From a virus: 64,000 nucleotides of DNA. The translations under genes and the position numbers were made by a program. Positions 56,353 through 64,000 of the stretch are shown piece after piece. The notes under the pieces are model-generated. The model was not told the DNA's origin, did not search any database, and saw only the letters and a program-made list of their open reading frames with translations. The stretch lies in IMG/VR virus record IMGVR_UViG_3300037010_002901, positions 5,419 to 69,418 of that record; one strand, 5' to 3'. Numbering within the stretch: the first letter of the stretch is position 1; each line of letters starts with the position of its first letter.

Positions 56353-56393
56353 GGCACAAATATAGAATTATTTTATTCACATAAAAACTACAA
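56353..56393 (-). promoter_or_regulatory. Bacteroidota-type promoter of the Trp/Tyr/Phe tRNA operon
   Basis: TTGTAGTTTT-N19-TATATTTG-TGCC-ATG, same layout as the promoter at 55885-55926. Confidence 0.75.
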
Positions 56394-56399
56394 AATTAC

Positions 56400-56645
56400 T
56401 CATACAAGAACCTTACTCAGCTCTTTCAGCACAGCATTCCATTTTTCCATACTGTCATACTCAATTACGATCGACTCCATCCCTTTGTAATAGAACTCTA
56501 TAAACCAGCGGCGCCCGGAACCTTCACCCTCTACATACGAATATAAAAACCGGTAGTCTTCATGTTTAATCTGCAGGTGTAGAAGATCATTGACATAAAC
56601 ACACGTGGCATAAAGGCTTTTACAAACTCGAATTTCAAATGGCAT
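56400..56645 (-). CDS. hypothetical protein
   Basis: Intact 81-aa ORF between tRNA units. Confidence 0.65.
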   Translation of the reverse strand: MPFEIRVCKSLYATCVYVNDLLHLQIKHEDYRFLYSYVEGEGSGRRWFIEFYYKGMESIVIEYDSMEKWNAVLKELSKVLV

Positions 56646-56705
56646 GGTATAAAATTACAAAAAGCCGCCATTACTTACAGCTTTTGCATTCATAGGTTTT
56701 TTGTG

Positions 56706-56778
56706 TAGCGTGGGCGGGACTCGAACCCGCGACCTTCCGGTTATGAGCCGGACGAGCTACCAACTGCTCCACCCCGCA
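56706..56778 (-). tRNA. tRNA-Met(CAT), initiator-like
   Basis: Unpaired T1:T72, GAGC/GCTC D stem, TCCGG-CTCATAA-CCGGA; promoter TACATTTG at 56827-56834. Confidence 0.88.
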
Positions 56779-57134
56779 ATATTGTACTACATTTTCATCA
56801 ACCGCCCTTTTAAAAGTTGCTGATCTCAAATGTAGCACGCAACAAACATAAATAAAAAAACCTTGCAAAAAAATAAGCAGTATGTTTTTACGACGTTCCT
56901 GCTTTTTTAGATTTGAAATGCGATCAATTTTCCAATTTTGGTTTATCTGCGGGTTTCTGTGCCTCACACCTTGCGGCCAGTCTGTCTCGTAAACAGATCC
57001 GGGTCTTGTTACCCCTACATTCCATCCATTCCTTTGCCGTCACTCTCCCCTTCTCATAGCAAGGTGGTTTATCTGCTTTCGCATTTTTGGAGAGGTGTAA
57101 ACGAACGCCAACCTTTCATACCGATGATGCCAAA

Positions 57135-57341
57135 TTAGGAAATTCGGCTGTACTTGTAATACTTTTTGATAAAATAGTCAAAATACTCTCCAATACTGGG
57201 TGCGGAAATCAGTGACTCATATGTGTCTGAAGGCACATCCTCATACTGGTAAACACCGCCCCAGTTAAACTCTACCTCAAGTATGCCATTTTCCCAGCCG
57301 ATTGACTCAATATTTGAAGATGACACTGACTGTCTTTCCAT
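57135..57341 (-). CDS. KTSC-domain protein
   Basis: VSSSNIESIGW...LEVEF..GGVYQY.DVP......APSIG.YF...IK. Confidence 0.9.
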   Translation of the reverse strand: MERQSVSSSNIESIGWENGILEVEFNWGGVYQYEDVPSDTYESLISAPSIGEYFDYFIKKYYKYSRIS

Positions 57342-57436
57342 ATCACAAATTTACAAAACTACATGGCATAAAAAAACCACCAGGCAGTTGTAATACCAGA
57401 TGGCTGGATTTCAAAGCTCTGCGAGTTAAAAAGAAT

Positions 57437-57691
57437 TTATGCTTCCGATGGCGATATGACTACTTCATAATCGCTATCGATGACAAACATATCTGTAGCG
57501 TCTTGATTAGTGGTGCGCAAAACAATACCAGTCCCGCCAGATAATTGATGATAAACAGAATTTGAATCATACGGAACTTGCAACTCTATTTCAGTAGCAA
57601 GAGGACTCTGCCCTTCGCCGACATTATAATTTTTTGTTTGTTTTTTGGAAACGCATTTACATTTTACCTTAGTTGACTTGATACTGCTCAT
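57437..57691 (-). CDS. hypothetical protein
   Basis: MSSIKSTKVKCKC...; ATG 57691 follows promoter TATATTTG. Confidence 0.65.
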   Translation of the reverse strand: MSSIKSTKVKCKCVSKKQTKNYNVGEGQSPLATEIELQVPYDSNSVYHQLSGGTGIVLRTTNQDATDMFVIDSDYEVVISPSEA

Positions 57692-57717
57692 GATATTTGA
57701 TTTAGTAAGGTACAAAT

Positions 57718-57880
57718 ATAAAAAAAAACCCTTTCCCGGAGCCGAAAGTTGGCTCAGGATTTTAAAGTCTCGTGTGTCTGGCATTTCTGGGATGAACCCA
57801 AGCTACTTGCACCTGATCTTTTTGACTACCAGGTCATATCTCCAACACGCATTATGACCGAGATTGACGTAGCTGCAATT
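57718..57880 (-). ncRNA. candidate structured RNA followed by a terminator
   Basis: AGCTAC/GTAGCT, GGTCATA/TATGACC, CCTGGT/ATCAGG, TGGG/CCCA, GAGCC/GGCTC plus T tract. Confidence 0.4.
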
Positions 57881-57896
57881 TCCCTATACTGCTTTC

Positions 57897-58250
57897 TCAG
57901 TTTTTAGTTTCTTGCGCCTGGTCTATCTCTTGCTGAGTTAGCTTCCACTCGCCATTGTACTGGGCGATATTAACCGGCCCCTCGAATTTTTTGCCTTTTA
58001 TCCACCGATTGTACAGAAACCGGCCTTTTTTGTTCCAGCTCTGGGCCGCCTGCTTTAAGTTATAGCACTCAGGATTGAAGTAACAAACCGTGCAGAGCTC
58101 TACATGGCAGCACACTTGAATAAGTTTTTCATCGTCCGGGGTAATGCTGATCACCGGCATACGGCCGCAGTTGCAGGGCCTCAAAAGCCGCTGCGCAGCA
58201 CCTAGCTTGCCGCCGATCACGCTCATTGGCCTGGACAGACACAGGCGCAT
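57897..58250 (-). CDS. Lar-like zinc-finger protein
   Basis: LRPCNCG.MP...CC...C...AAQSWN; start uncertain. Confidence 0.5.
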   Translation of the reverse strand: MRLCLSRPMSVIGGKLGAAQRLLRPCNCGRMPVISITPDDEKLIQVCCHVELCTVCYFNPECYNLKQAAQSWNKKGRFLYNRWIKGKKFEGPVNIAQYNGEWKLTQQEIDQAQETKN

Positions 58251-58714
58251 AAAAATCCTCTTCTTTTTCTGAGTGTTGAATGAGAACACCGGGGCAATGA
58301 TTTTAAGCATAAATCAAAAGTAAGAAAAAACCGCGCCGCGCTCGAATTTTTGACCAAAATCAACACCTCCCTCGCCCAAATACACACAATCAACCCACTC
58401 ATGCCAACAAAACAAAAACCAACTATAAAACCAGAAAAAAAATCCCACATAAATACAGCGGAAAAGTCATTCGCCCGATTGACGCCCCCCTGTCGCGCGG
58501 TTCCAAATCGCTGTCGGGCGACCGCCTCCCCTCCCTTGGGGCTTACTTCCTCCTTCATTGCGATTAAAAGAAACAAAAGACATCTCATAGCGCGTGCTGT
58601 GAAAAACAAGTCAGGTTAAGCCACAAATAAGCCTATTAGGGCCAAAACACATAAAACGACCTATTCGCTAAAGAACAGGCGCGCTCTAATGCGCTCTAAT
58701 GGCTTATTTGCCAC

Positions 58715-58754
58715 ACCGAAAATCTGCCTAATGACCGTTAGGCAGATTTTCGGT
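58715..58754. repeat. perfect 17-bp inverted repeat
   Basis: ACCGAAAATCTGCCTAA-TGACCG-TTAGGCAGATTTTCGGT. Confidence 0.9.
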
Positions 58755-59011
58755 TAATGCGACCTTTCAACAGATCAGGAGATTCGCAGAAAACCGATTT
58801 TGCATAATACGCTATAAATCAATAAAGTAATTTCTATAAACTCGTGTTTTTGCCAGCCAAACCAAGCAAAACCATGAAACAAACTGATAATCAGTTCAGA
58901 AAGTGCAAAAATTAGCCATAAACACGGCGAAACAGAGCGACCTTTTAACATTTTTGTTGCTTTAATGAAATTTGTCTAATTTGCGCGTCAATTCGGGGGA
59001 TATTTGAATAA

Positions 59012-59434
59012 ATGTACATCTATATGCGCGTAAGCAAGAAAATCAGCAAGAAAATGCAGGTTAAATTTTCAACCCTTCGGCTTGCGGGGACGGTTCCCGT
59101 GTTAGAGTGTTGTCTATATAATAACTTAATAACAATTGTTGGGGGCGAGTATAAGCTCAGGTCTTTAGACATTCAATGTATTATGTTGGTGGCGACCTTT
59201 GAGGGGGCGAACCGATGGGAAATTATTAACAAGTCGGGGCTACACAGAAAATCCATATATACAGTAATGGACAGGCTCCAGCGAGAGGGCTATATCTATA
59301 CTCCCGACACCGAGCGCGAGAGGGGACAAGCTATGTTCCTATCATTAGCGGGGAAAGAGGTGGTTTTTGATCTTACCAAACTATGGGGTGATGTAGTGAG
59401 AAATGGCAAAAAGCGCATAGAATCACAAGACTAA
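59012..59434 (+). CDS. winged-HTH (MarR-like) protein
   Basis: EIINKSGLHRKSIYTVMDRLQREGYI...LSLAGKE; start uncertain. Confidence 0.65.
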   Translation: MYIYMRVSKKISKKMQVKFSTLRLAGTVPVLECCLYNNLITIVGGEYKLRSLDIQCIMLVATFEGANRWEIINKSGLHRKSIYTVMDRLQREGYIYTPDTERERGQAMFLSLAGKEVVFDLTKLWGDVVRNGKKRIESQD

Positions 59435-59887
59435 TATTTGCAATATTCATATAGCTGATTTGCTTATTATGCAATAGTTTGCAATGCAAAACAGGGTTTT
59501 ATAAGTGCTTTTATATTGTGCCAACACATTTTTTCTACCTCATTATCAATTCATTACATTTTATTTTCGTAAATGACTAACAGCGTATATGTTTTTGTCC
59601 GTATAATTGTGTCATGGTTGAAACGCAGGACGACGCCGAACGGCACCCGACACCGCATATAAACCATAGTAGCTTAGTCCTTATCACAGGTAAGGTTAAA
59701 GACTCCAAGTATAGATAAGTTGAGGCAATCCCAGAGTTGCCAACGTAGAAAGGAGGATTTAAGGTTGAAGCGCAAACCACGACCAATACACACGAAACAG
59801 CGTGATCTATTGGGAATTATATAGAAGCGGGATTATAACCATTCGCGCAGTCATTCGTTTGACAGTATATAACTAAAATCATAAAAT

Positions 59888-60241
59888 ATGAATACTTCAA
59901 TACAGCTTATTAAAGCAATACAGACCTTACAGGAGCACAAGCAAGGCCACCAGATCACAGCAATACAATTTGAAGACGGCAGCGGCCTAAAGGTTAATTA
60001 TCAGTTAGACGGGGGCAAATGGCAATATATAGACCTCAGAGGCTTTAAAGGCATGGCAGCCACCGAGCCCACCGAGAACCAAACAGACGAGGCCGAAAAC
60101 AAACGGAGTGAAACCCTAGGGAATAGAATTATTTCCTTCCTTAATCTCAAAGTAAAAGGGGATAAGGTAGAAACAAGCTGGGGAACAAAAACGGCGCTAG
60201 GTTTGGGCGCCTCAATACTCAGAATAATTGACGAGCTGTAA
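59888..60241 (+). CDS. early hypothetical protein
   Basis: IQFEDGSG..NYQ motif; A-rich start. Confidence 0.65.
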   Translation: MNTSIQLIKAIQTLQEHKQGHQITAIQFEDGSGLKVNYQLDGGKWQYIDLRGFKGMAATEPTENQTDEAENKRSETLGNRIISFLNLKVKGDKVETSWGTKTALGLGASILRIIDEL

Positions 60242-60294
60242 AAACTATTAACTATTAAACAAACGCGACCAGCCCAGCGATAGAGGCGGGATAT

Positions 60295-61038
60295 ATGGAA
60301 TTTTTAAGAAATCATACCTCATTAGAAACAGCCTACAAAGTTGATGACTATCCGTACGGCTTTAAGCTAAGAACGTCCATTTTCTACTGGATAGAGACGA
60401 CACCGAAGCGCGGGGACAGGTTTTGCACTTGCACCATTAACCCGAAAAATGGCAAGTATAATGCACCAAAAAAATCTACTTATTACAACCTGGGTTTTAT
60501 GTACCTGAATAGTGAAAAACATGTGAAATGGACAGCCGTTAGCACGTATTCAAAAAAGGAGGCAATCGAAAACCTTGTTACAGCCTTCGGAATAGAGGAG
60601 CTAAACACAGAACAGCGCAAACAATATAACGCCCTGTTTGGTATCAATGAAGTAAAAACGGACGAGTTCACAGGGAAGGTAAAAAAAGATTTTTCTGTAA
60701 AGTGGGAGCGCGAAACCGTAGGAGCCGGATGGGTTGGTGGTGTATGGAATAAAGGTGAAAAAGGGAATTATGATGAAGTCAAAATAACCTTTGACAGACC
60801 AGACGGTGTTAAGCCAATAGAAATATATAAAGCCATGAAGAGCTTAGACCAAGACAAGCTAAACCAAGTATTTGCAACGCGCCCCAGTATATCAGCAGGT
60901 GAACGCACCGGAGTTGTTAGGGTATGTTGCAGGGGAGGCATATATCTGGGGGAGGTCTCAGAGGAACAGTATAAAAATTATCTGGCTAGTGATCAAAACA
61001 CTATAGAGGAAACGAAATTAATCGAAACGGAGCAATAA
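60295..61038 (+). CDS. early hypothetical protein
   Basis: HTS.ETAY.VDDYPYGF.LRT..YWIE..T.NPK...PKKSTY phage family pattern. Confidence 0.7.
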   Translation: MEFLRNHTSLETAYKVDDYPYGFKLRTSIFYWIETTPKRGDRFCTCTINPKNGKYNAPKKSTYYNLGFMYLNSEKHVKWTAVSTYSKKEAIENLVTAFGIEELNTEQRKQYNALFGINEVKTDEFTGKVKKDFSVKWERETVGAGWVGGVWNKGEKGNYDEVKITFDRPDGVKPIEIYKAMKSLDQDKLNQVFATRPSISAGERTGVVRVCCRGGIYLGEVSEEQYKNYLASDQNTIEETKLIETEQ

Positions 61039-61263
61039 CTTTTTGTTTAATACGGGCAGCAGGTAGCGCCCATTTTAATTTATCCCAATGATCATAAAGC
61101 ACACTAACGGCACCCCCTTTAATATCAAAGTAAAGACAGGGGACGGGAAAATAATAGACCTTAAAGCAGGGGAGAGCATAGAAGACCCCAGCGGGATCAT
61201 AAAAACCAAATACAGCACCGGAAGCTGGAAAACGCTCAAAGAGTCAAAAATTAAGCTATACCC

Positions 61264-61530
61264 ATGAGAGATTTATTTACAATAGACGAAAAGCCCAAAA
61301 CACATTATAATTTTTTCGGCTTATCTCCAATGGAGAAAATAAATTACAGAGCAGGGAAATTTACAAGCCCGCCCCGCGATTCATGGGCGTATGTATGGGA
61401 AGAGCTGAGAATTAGAAAAAAGGATATTGACGGCAGCGAATACCATCATTTTCTAATATCCCAACGCCTTAACAAAGGGAGCGCAGCCACCCGCAACTGG
61501 CTAAAGACACGAAATTTGTTTAATAAATAA
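61264..61530 (+). CDS. hypothetical protein
   Basis: Intact ORF. Confidence 0.55.
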   Translation: MRDLFTIDEKPKTHYNFFGLSPMEKINYRAGKFTSPPRDSWAYVWEELRIRKKDIDGSEYHHFLISQRLNKGSAATRNWLKTRNLFNK

Positions 61531-61540
61531 TCTTTAAATT

Positions 61541-62038
61541 ATGAAAGACTCATATGATTTTGAAACCCCCAGCGCTGAAAGATGTGCGCAACTGGGAGCC
61601 GCTGAATATGACTATTTGACGCAGGCGAAAATAAAAATTGCAGTATTTAAAGCAATGATACAGCGCATCATGAAAATTCCTAAATCTGGATATTTCCAAA
61701 CAGCCAGCAACTCCCACGACTTTGGAACATACTACACACTACGTTTTATTTACGATGACAACGACGACGACGCAATCGATTTTATTACCGAAGTGGATAG
61801 TATAGAAAACTGGGATAGGCAAGCGCTACAGGAGCTACAGGAGGCAGGTTATAACATGAAGCTATTTATAGACGACGACCGACTATTTAAAGCACCAGCG
61901 GAAACAGACACCGAACGGATACCTGCAAAACAGCACAAAGGGGGCAAAGCTGAGGAAATAGAATTTTACAGATCGGAGCTCACAACCATTTTCGAGGAAG
62001 ATGAAGTAGACGACCTATTAAACATATTTTTCAACTAA
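61541..62038 (+). CDS. acidic early hypothetical protein
   Basis: P..E.CAQLG...Y, N.HDFGTY, acidic tracts. Confidence 0.65.
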   Translation: MKDSYDFETPSAERCAQLGAAEYDYLTQAKIKIAVFKAMIQRIMKIPKSGYFQTASNSHDFGTYYTLRFIYDDNDDDAIDFITEVDSIENWDRQALQELQEAGYNMKLFIDDDRLFKAPAETDTERIPAKQHKGGKAEEIEFYRSELTTIFEEDEVDDLLNIFFN

Positions 62039-62083
62039 ATTTTCAATACTAACAACCGAGGCGACACGGATAACGCAAAAAAC

Positions 62084-63136
62084 ATGGCTCATAAAATAGA
62101 TTTGACCAAAAATGAAAAAGGTGCATTTGTAAGCTACCAACAGCCAGCATGGCATAAATTAGGGGTAGTATTTAACAGAGAGCTGACAGTATCCGATGCC
62201 CTGAATGAAGGAGGTTTGAACTTTCATGTGGACAAAGCGCCGAACATTCACCGCATACCATTTCACCCAGACATCGAAAGCGCCGAAAGCTTTTTTACCT
62301 ACAGAACCGACACCAACGGCATTTTAGGGAGCAGGCTGGGGAAAGAATACACAGTTTTTCAAAACCTCGAAGCGCTAAATTTTGTGCAGGATATTTTGGA
62401 TAGAGGTACATCTAAAATTGAAACAGCGGGAAGCATAGACGACGGGCGCCGTGTATTCGTTTGCCTCAGAAATAACAAGGATATCACAGTAGGAGACGAC
62501 GACAAAGTGAATTCGTATGTGCTCATAACGAATTCACATGATGGTACATTAGCAATAACCGCCATACCTACTAATGTAAGGGTAGTATGCAATAATACAC
62601 TTTCAGCCGCTCTCAGTGGCAAGGGAGCAGTAAAAGTAAGACACACCGCCAACGCATCTAACAGAGTAGCCGAAGCGCTCAAAATACTTGGTTTGCTCTC
62701 AGATAGCCAGCAACAAAGTGAGGATGCATACAACAAAATGCGCGAAACGATCATAGACCAAAATGCATTTTTTGACTACGTAGGAAACATATTTATGACA
62801 GCCGACGAAATCAAAGAGGCACAAGCTGGGAAAATGGTAAAAGACCTTTTGAGCACCCGCAAAATGAATGTCATTAACGACGTACTGACATTTGCGCTCA
62901 GGGGCATAGGACAAACGCAGGCGCTCAATAACGGGAAAGTAAATATGTGGTATGCATATAACGCGGTAACTGGATATTTGACGTCCAAGCGCTACAGTAG
63001 CGAAAGCGACAGAATGACATCGATGATGTTCGGAGACGCCGCAGGCAAAATAGCAGAAGCGGGCACCCTGGCTTTGCATACTGAGAATGTAAAGAGCCTG
63101 AGAAAATCTGTATTATCTGGCTTGAATTTAAACTAA
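62084..63136 (+). CDS. DUF932/DUF945-family protein
   Basis: PAWHKLG, R.DT...LG, Y...QN, ETAG...G.RVF, NSHDG, RVVCNNTL, RHT. Confidence 0.9.
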   Translation: MAHKIDLTKNEKGAFVSYQQPAWHKLGVVFNRELTVSDALNEGGLNFHVDKAPNIHRIPFHPDIESAESFFTYRTDTNGILGSRLGKEYTVFQNLEALNFVQDILDRGTSKIETAGSIDDGRRVFVCLRNNKDITVGDDDKVNSYVLITNSHDGTLAITAIPTNVRVVCNNTLSAALSGKGAVKVRHTANASNRVAEALKILGLLSDSQQQSEDAYNKMRETIIDQNAFFDYVGNIFMTADEIKEAQAGKMVKDLLSTRKMNVINDVLTFALRGIGQTQALNNGKVNMWYAYNAVTGYLTSKRYSSESDRMTSMMFGDAAGKIAEAGTLALHTENVKSLRKSVLSGLNLN

Positions 63137-63204
63137 TATTTAGGGGAACGGGTGAGCAGGGAGCCGCCCTTTTTTTCAAACTTTTATAAATATCAAATAT
63201 CACC

Positions 63205-64000
63205 ATGAGTCACACAGACGAATTTAACGAAATAATGAAACGCACCGAGACAGCGCACCGATCCAAAAAGGCAAAACAGAAAATTGTACCCGTTCCAATC
63301 GAAGCACGGGAAAACATGAATGAATTGCAGATCAGTATATATAAATGCAAAATTGCAGAAAATACGGTGTTTCTCCCCAGAGCAGATGAAACACCGCTAC
63401 ATAACTACTCAGATGTACGAAAAGCATTTTTGAGCGCCGGAGCGAGCTATAAAAATAATACATTTATTTTCCCCTCAGACGCGAAGCCATACATTGACAG
63501 GCTTATGGGCGGGGAGAAAGTCAACCTGAAAAAAGAGTATCAATTTTTCGCCACCCCCGCAGAGTTAGCCAAAAATCTGGTTTACTTGGCAGACGTGAAA
63601 AACCATCATACTATACTAGAGCCGTCAGCGGGGCACGGAGCAATAATAAAAGCAATACAGGCAGTCTGTAGCGTCCAAATAGACTACTGTGAGCTTATGG
63701 ATATAAACAAGGCTATACTGGCAGATATTAGCGGGACGCGCTGTATCAATTCGGATTTTCTGAAGCAGATAGTTGGGCAAAAATACGATCGAATTATTGC
63801 AAACCCTCCATTTTCTAAAAACCAAGACATTGACCATGTAAGGCATATGTACAGCCATCTCAAAACAGGCGGTAGAATAGTCTCTATAATGTCGAATTCA
63901 TGGAGAAAAGGGAGCCAGAAAAAACAAGAGGAATTTCGTCAGTGGCTCGAAGACATAAACGCAGAAGTAGAAGAAATTGAAGCGGGCGCTTTCAAAGAGT
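63205..64000 (+). CDS. N6-adenine methyltransferase, partial (runs off window; absent from ORF track)
   Basis: QFFATP, ILEPSAGHGAI, YDRIIANPPF, GGRIVSIM. Confidence 0.85.
   Translation, partial: MSHTDEFNEIMKRTETAHRSKKAKQKIVPVPIEARENMNELQISIYKCKIAENTVFLPRADETPLHNYSDVRKAFLSAGASYKNNTFIFPSDAKPYIDRLMGGEKVNLKKEYQFFATPAELAKNLVYLADVKNHHTILEPSAGHGAIIKAIQAVCSVQIDYCELMDINKAILADISGTRCINSDFLKQIVGQKYDRIIANPPFSKNQDIDHVRHMYSHLKTGGRIVSIMSNSWRKGSQKKQEEFRQWLEDINAEVEEIEAGAFKE

Noticed and set aside
56671-57138. ORFs 56671..56967 and 56938..57138
   Set aside because: Overlap tRNA-Met, its promoter and a structured region; no protein-like features.
58223-58619. ORFs 58223..58609 and 58350..58619
   Set aside because: Arise from low-complexity skewed sequence; no convincing start or motif.
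1-64000. Stop-codon reassignment as in some crAss-like phages
   Set aside because: Long genes are intact in code 11, TAG and TGA serve as stops, and no suppressor anticodon was found.

Overview
The whole window is part of a dsDNA phage genome with no host genes. Bacteroidota-type TAnnTTTG promoters and A-rich or leaderless starts point to a Bacteroidota host. A crAss-like (podovirus-type) virion module lies on the minus strand: terminase, portal, scaffold-like protein, major capsid protein, three ring-like proteins, a 1732-aa tail stabilisation protein, ejection-like proteins, fibres and lysis genes. There is also a GroEL with two GroES-like genes, a recombination block, a plus-strand DUF4373-type initiator/DnaB replication block, a serine recombinase, an IS1595-family element with passenger genes, two DNA methyltransferases, a tRNA/ncRNA island (55.4-57.9 kb) and a putative early region (>59 kb). 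No RNA or DNA polymerase is recognisable. The main finding is two paralogous tRNA operons, each built as promoter, leaderless short peptide, alternative hairpins ending in an intrinsic terminator, then tRNAs. Leader MKFSNLSLSFWYSLCKGAQIGM has six consecutive UNN codons at positions 7-12 and precedes tRNA-Trp/Tyr/Phe. Leader MITRISHQPQPLNRPIG has six consecutive CNN codons at positions 7-12 and precedes tRNA-Gln/Pro/His. This looks like ribosome-mediated attenuation that switches phage tRNAs on when the matching host tRNAs fail. Other oddities are a circularly permuted tRNA mimic, a capsid protein with a signal-peptide-like N-terminus, three interleaved-helix leader switches and several candidate ncRNAs. 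All calls come from reading motifs by eye; no database searches were run.
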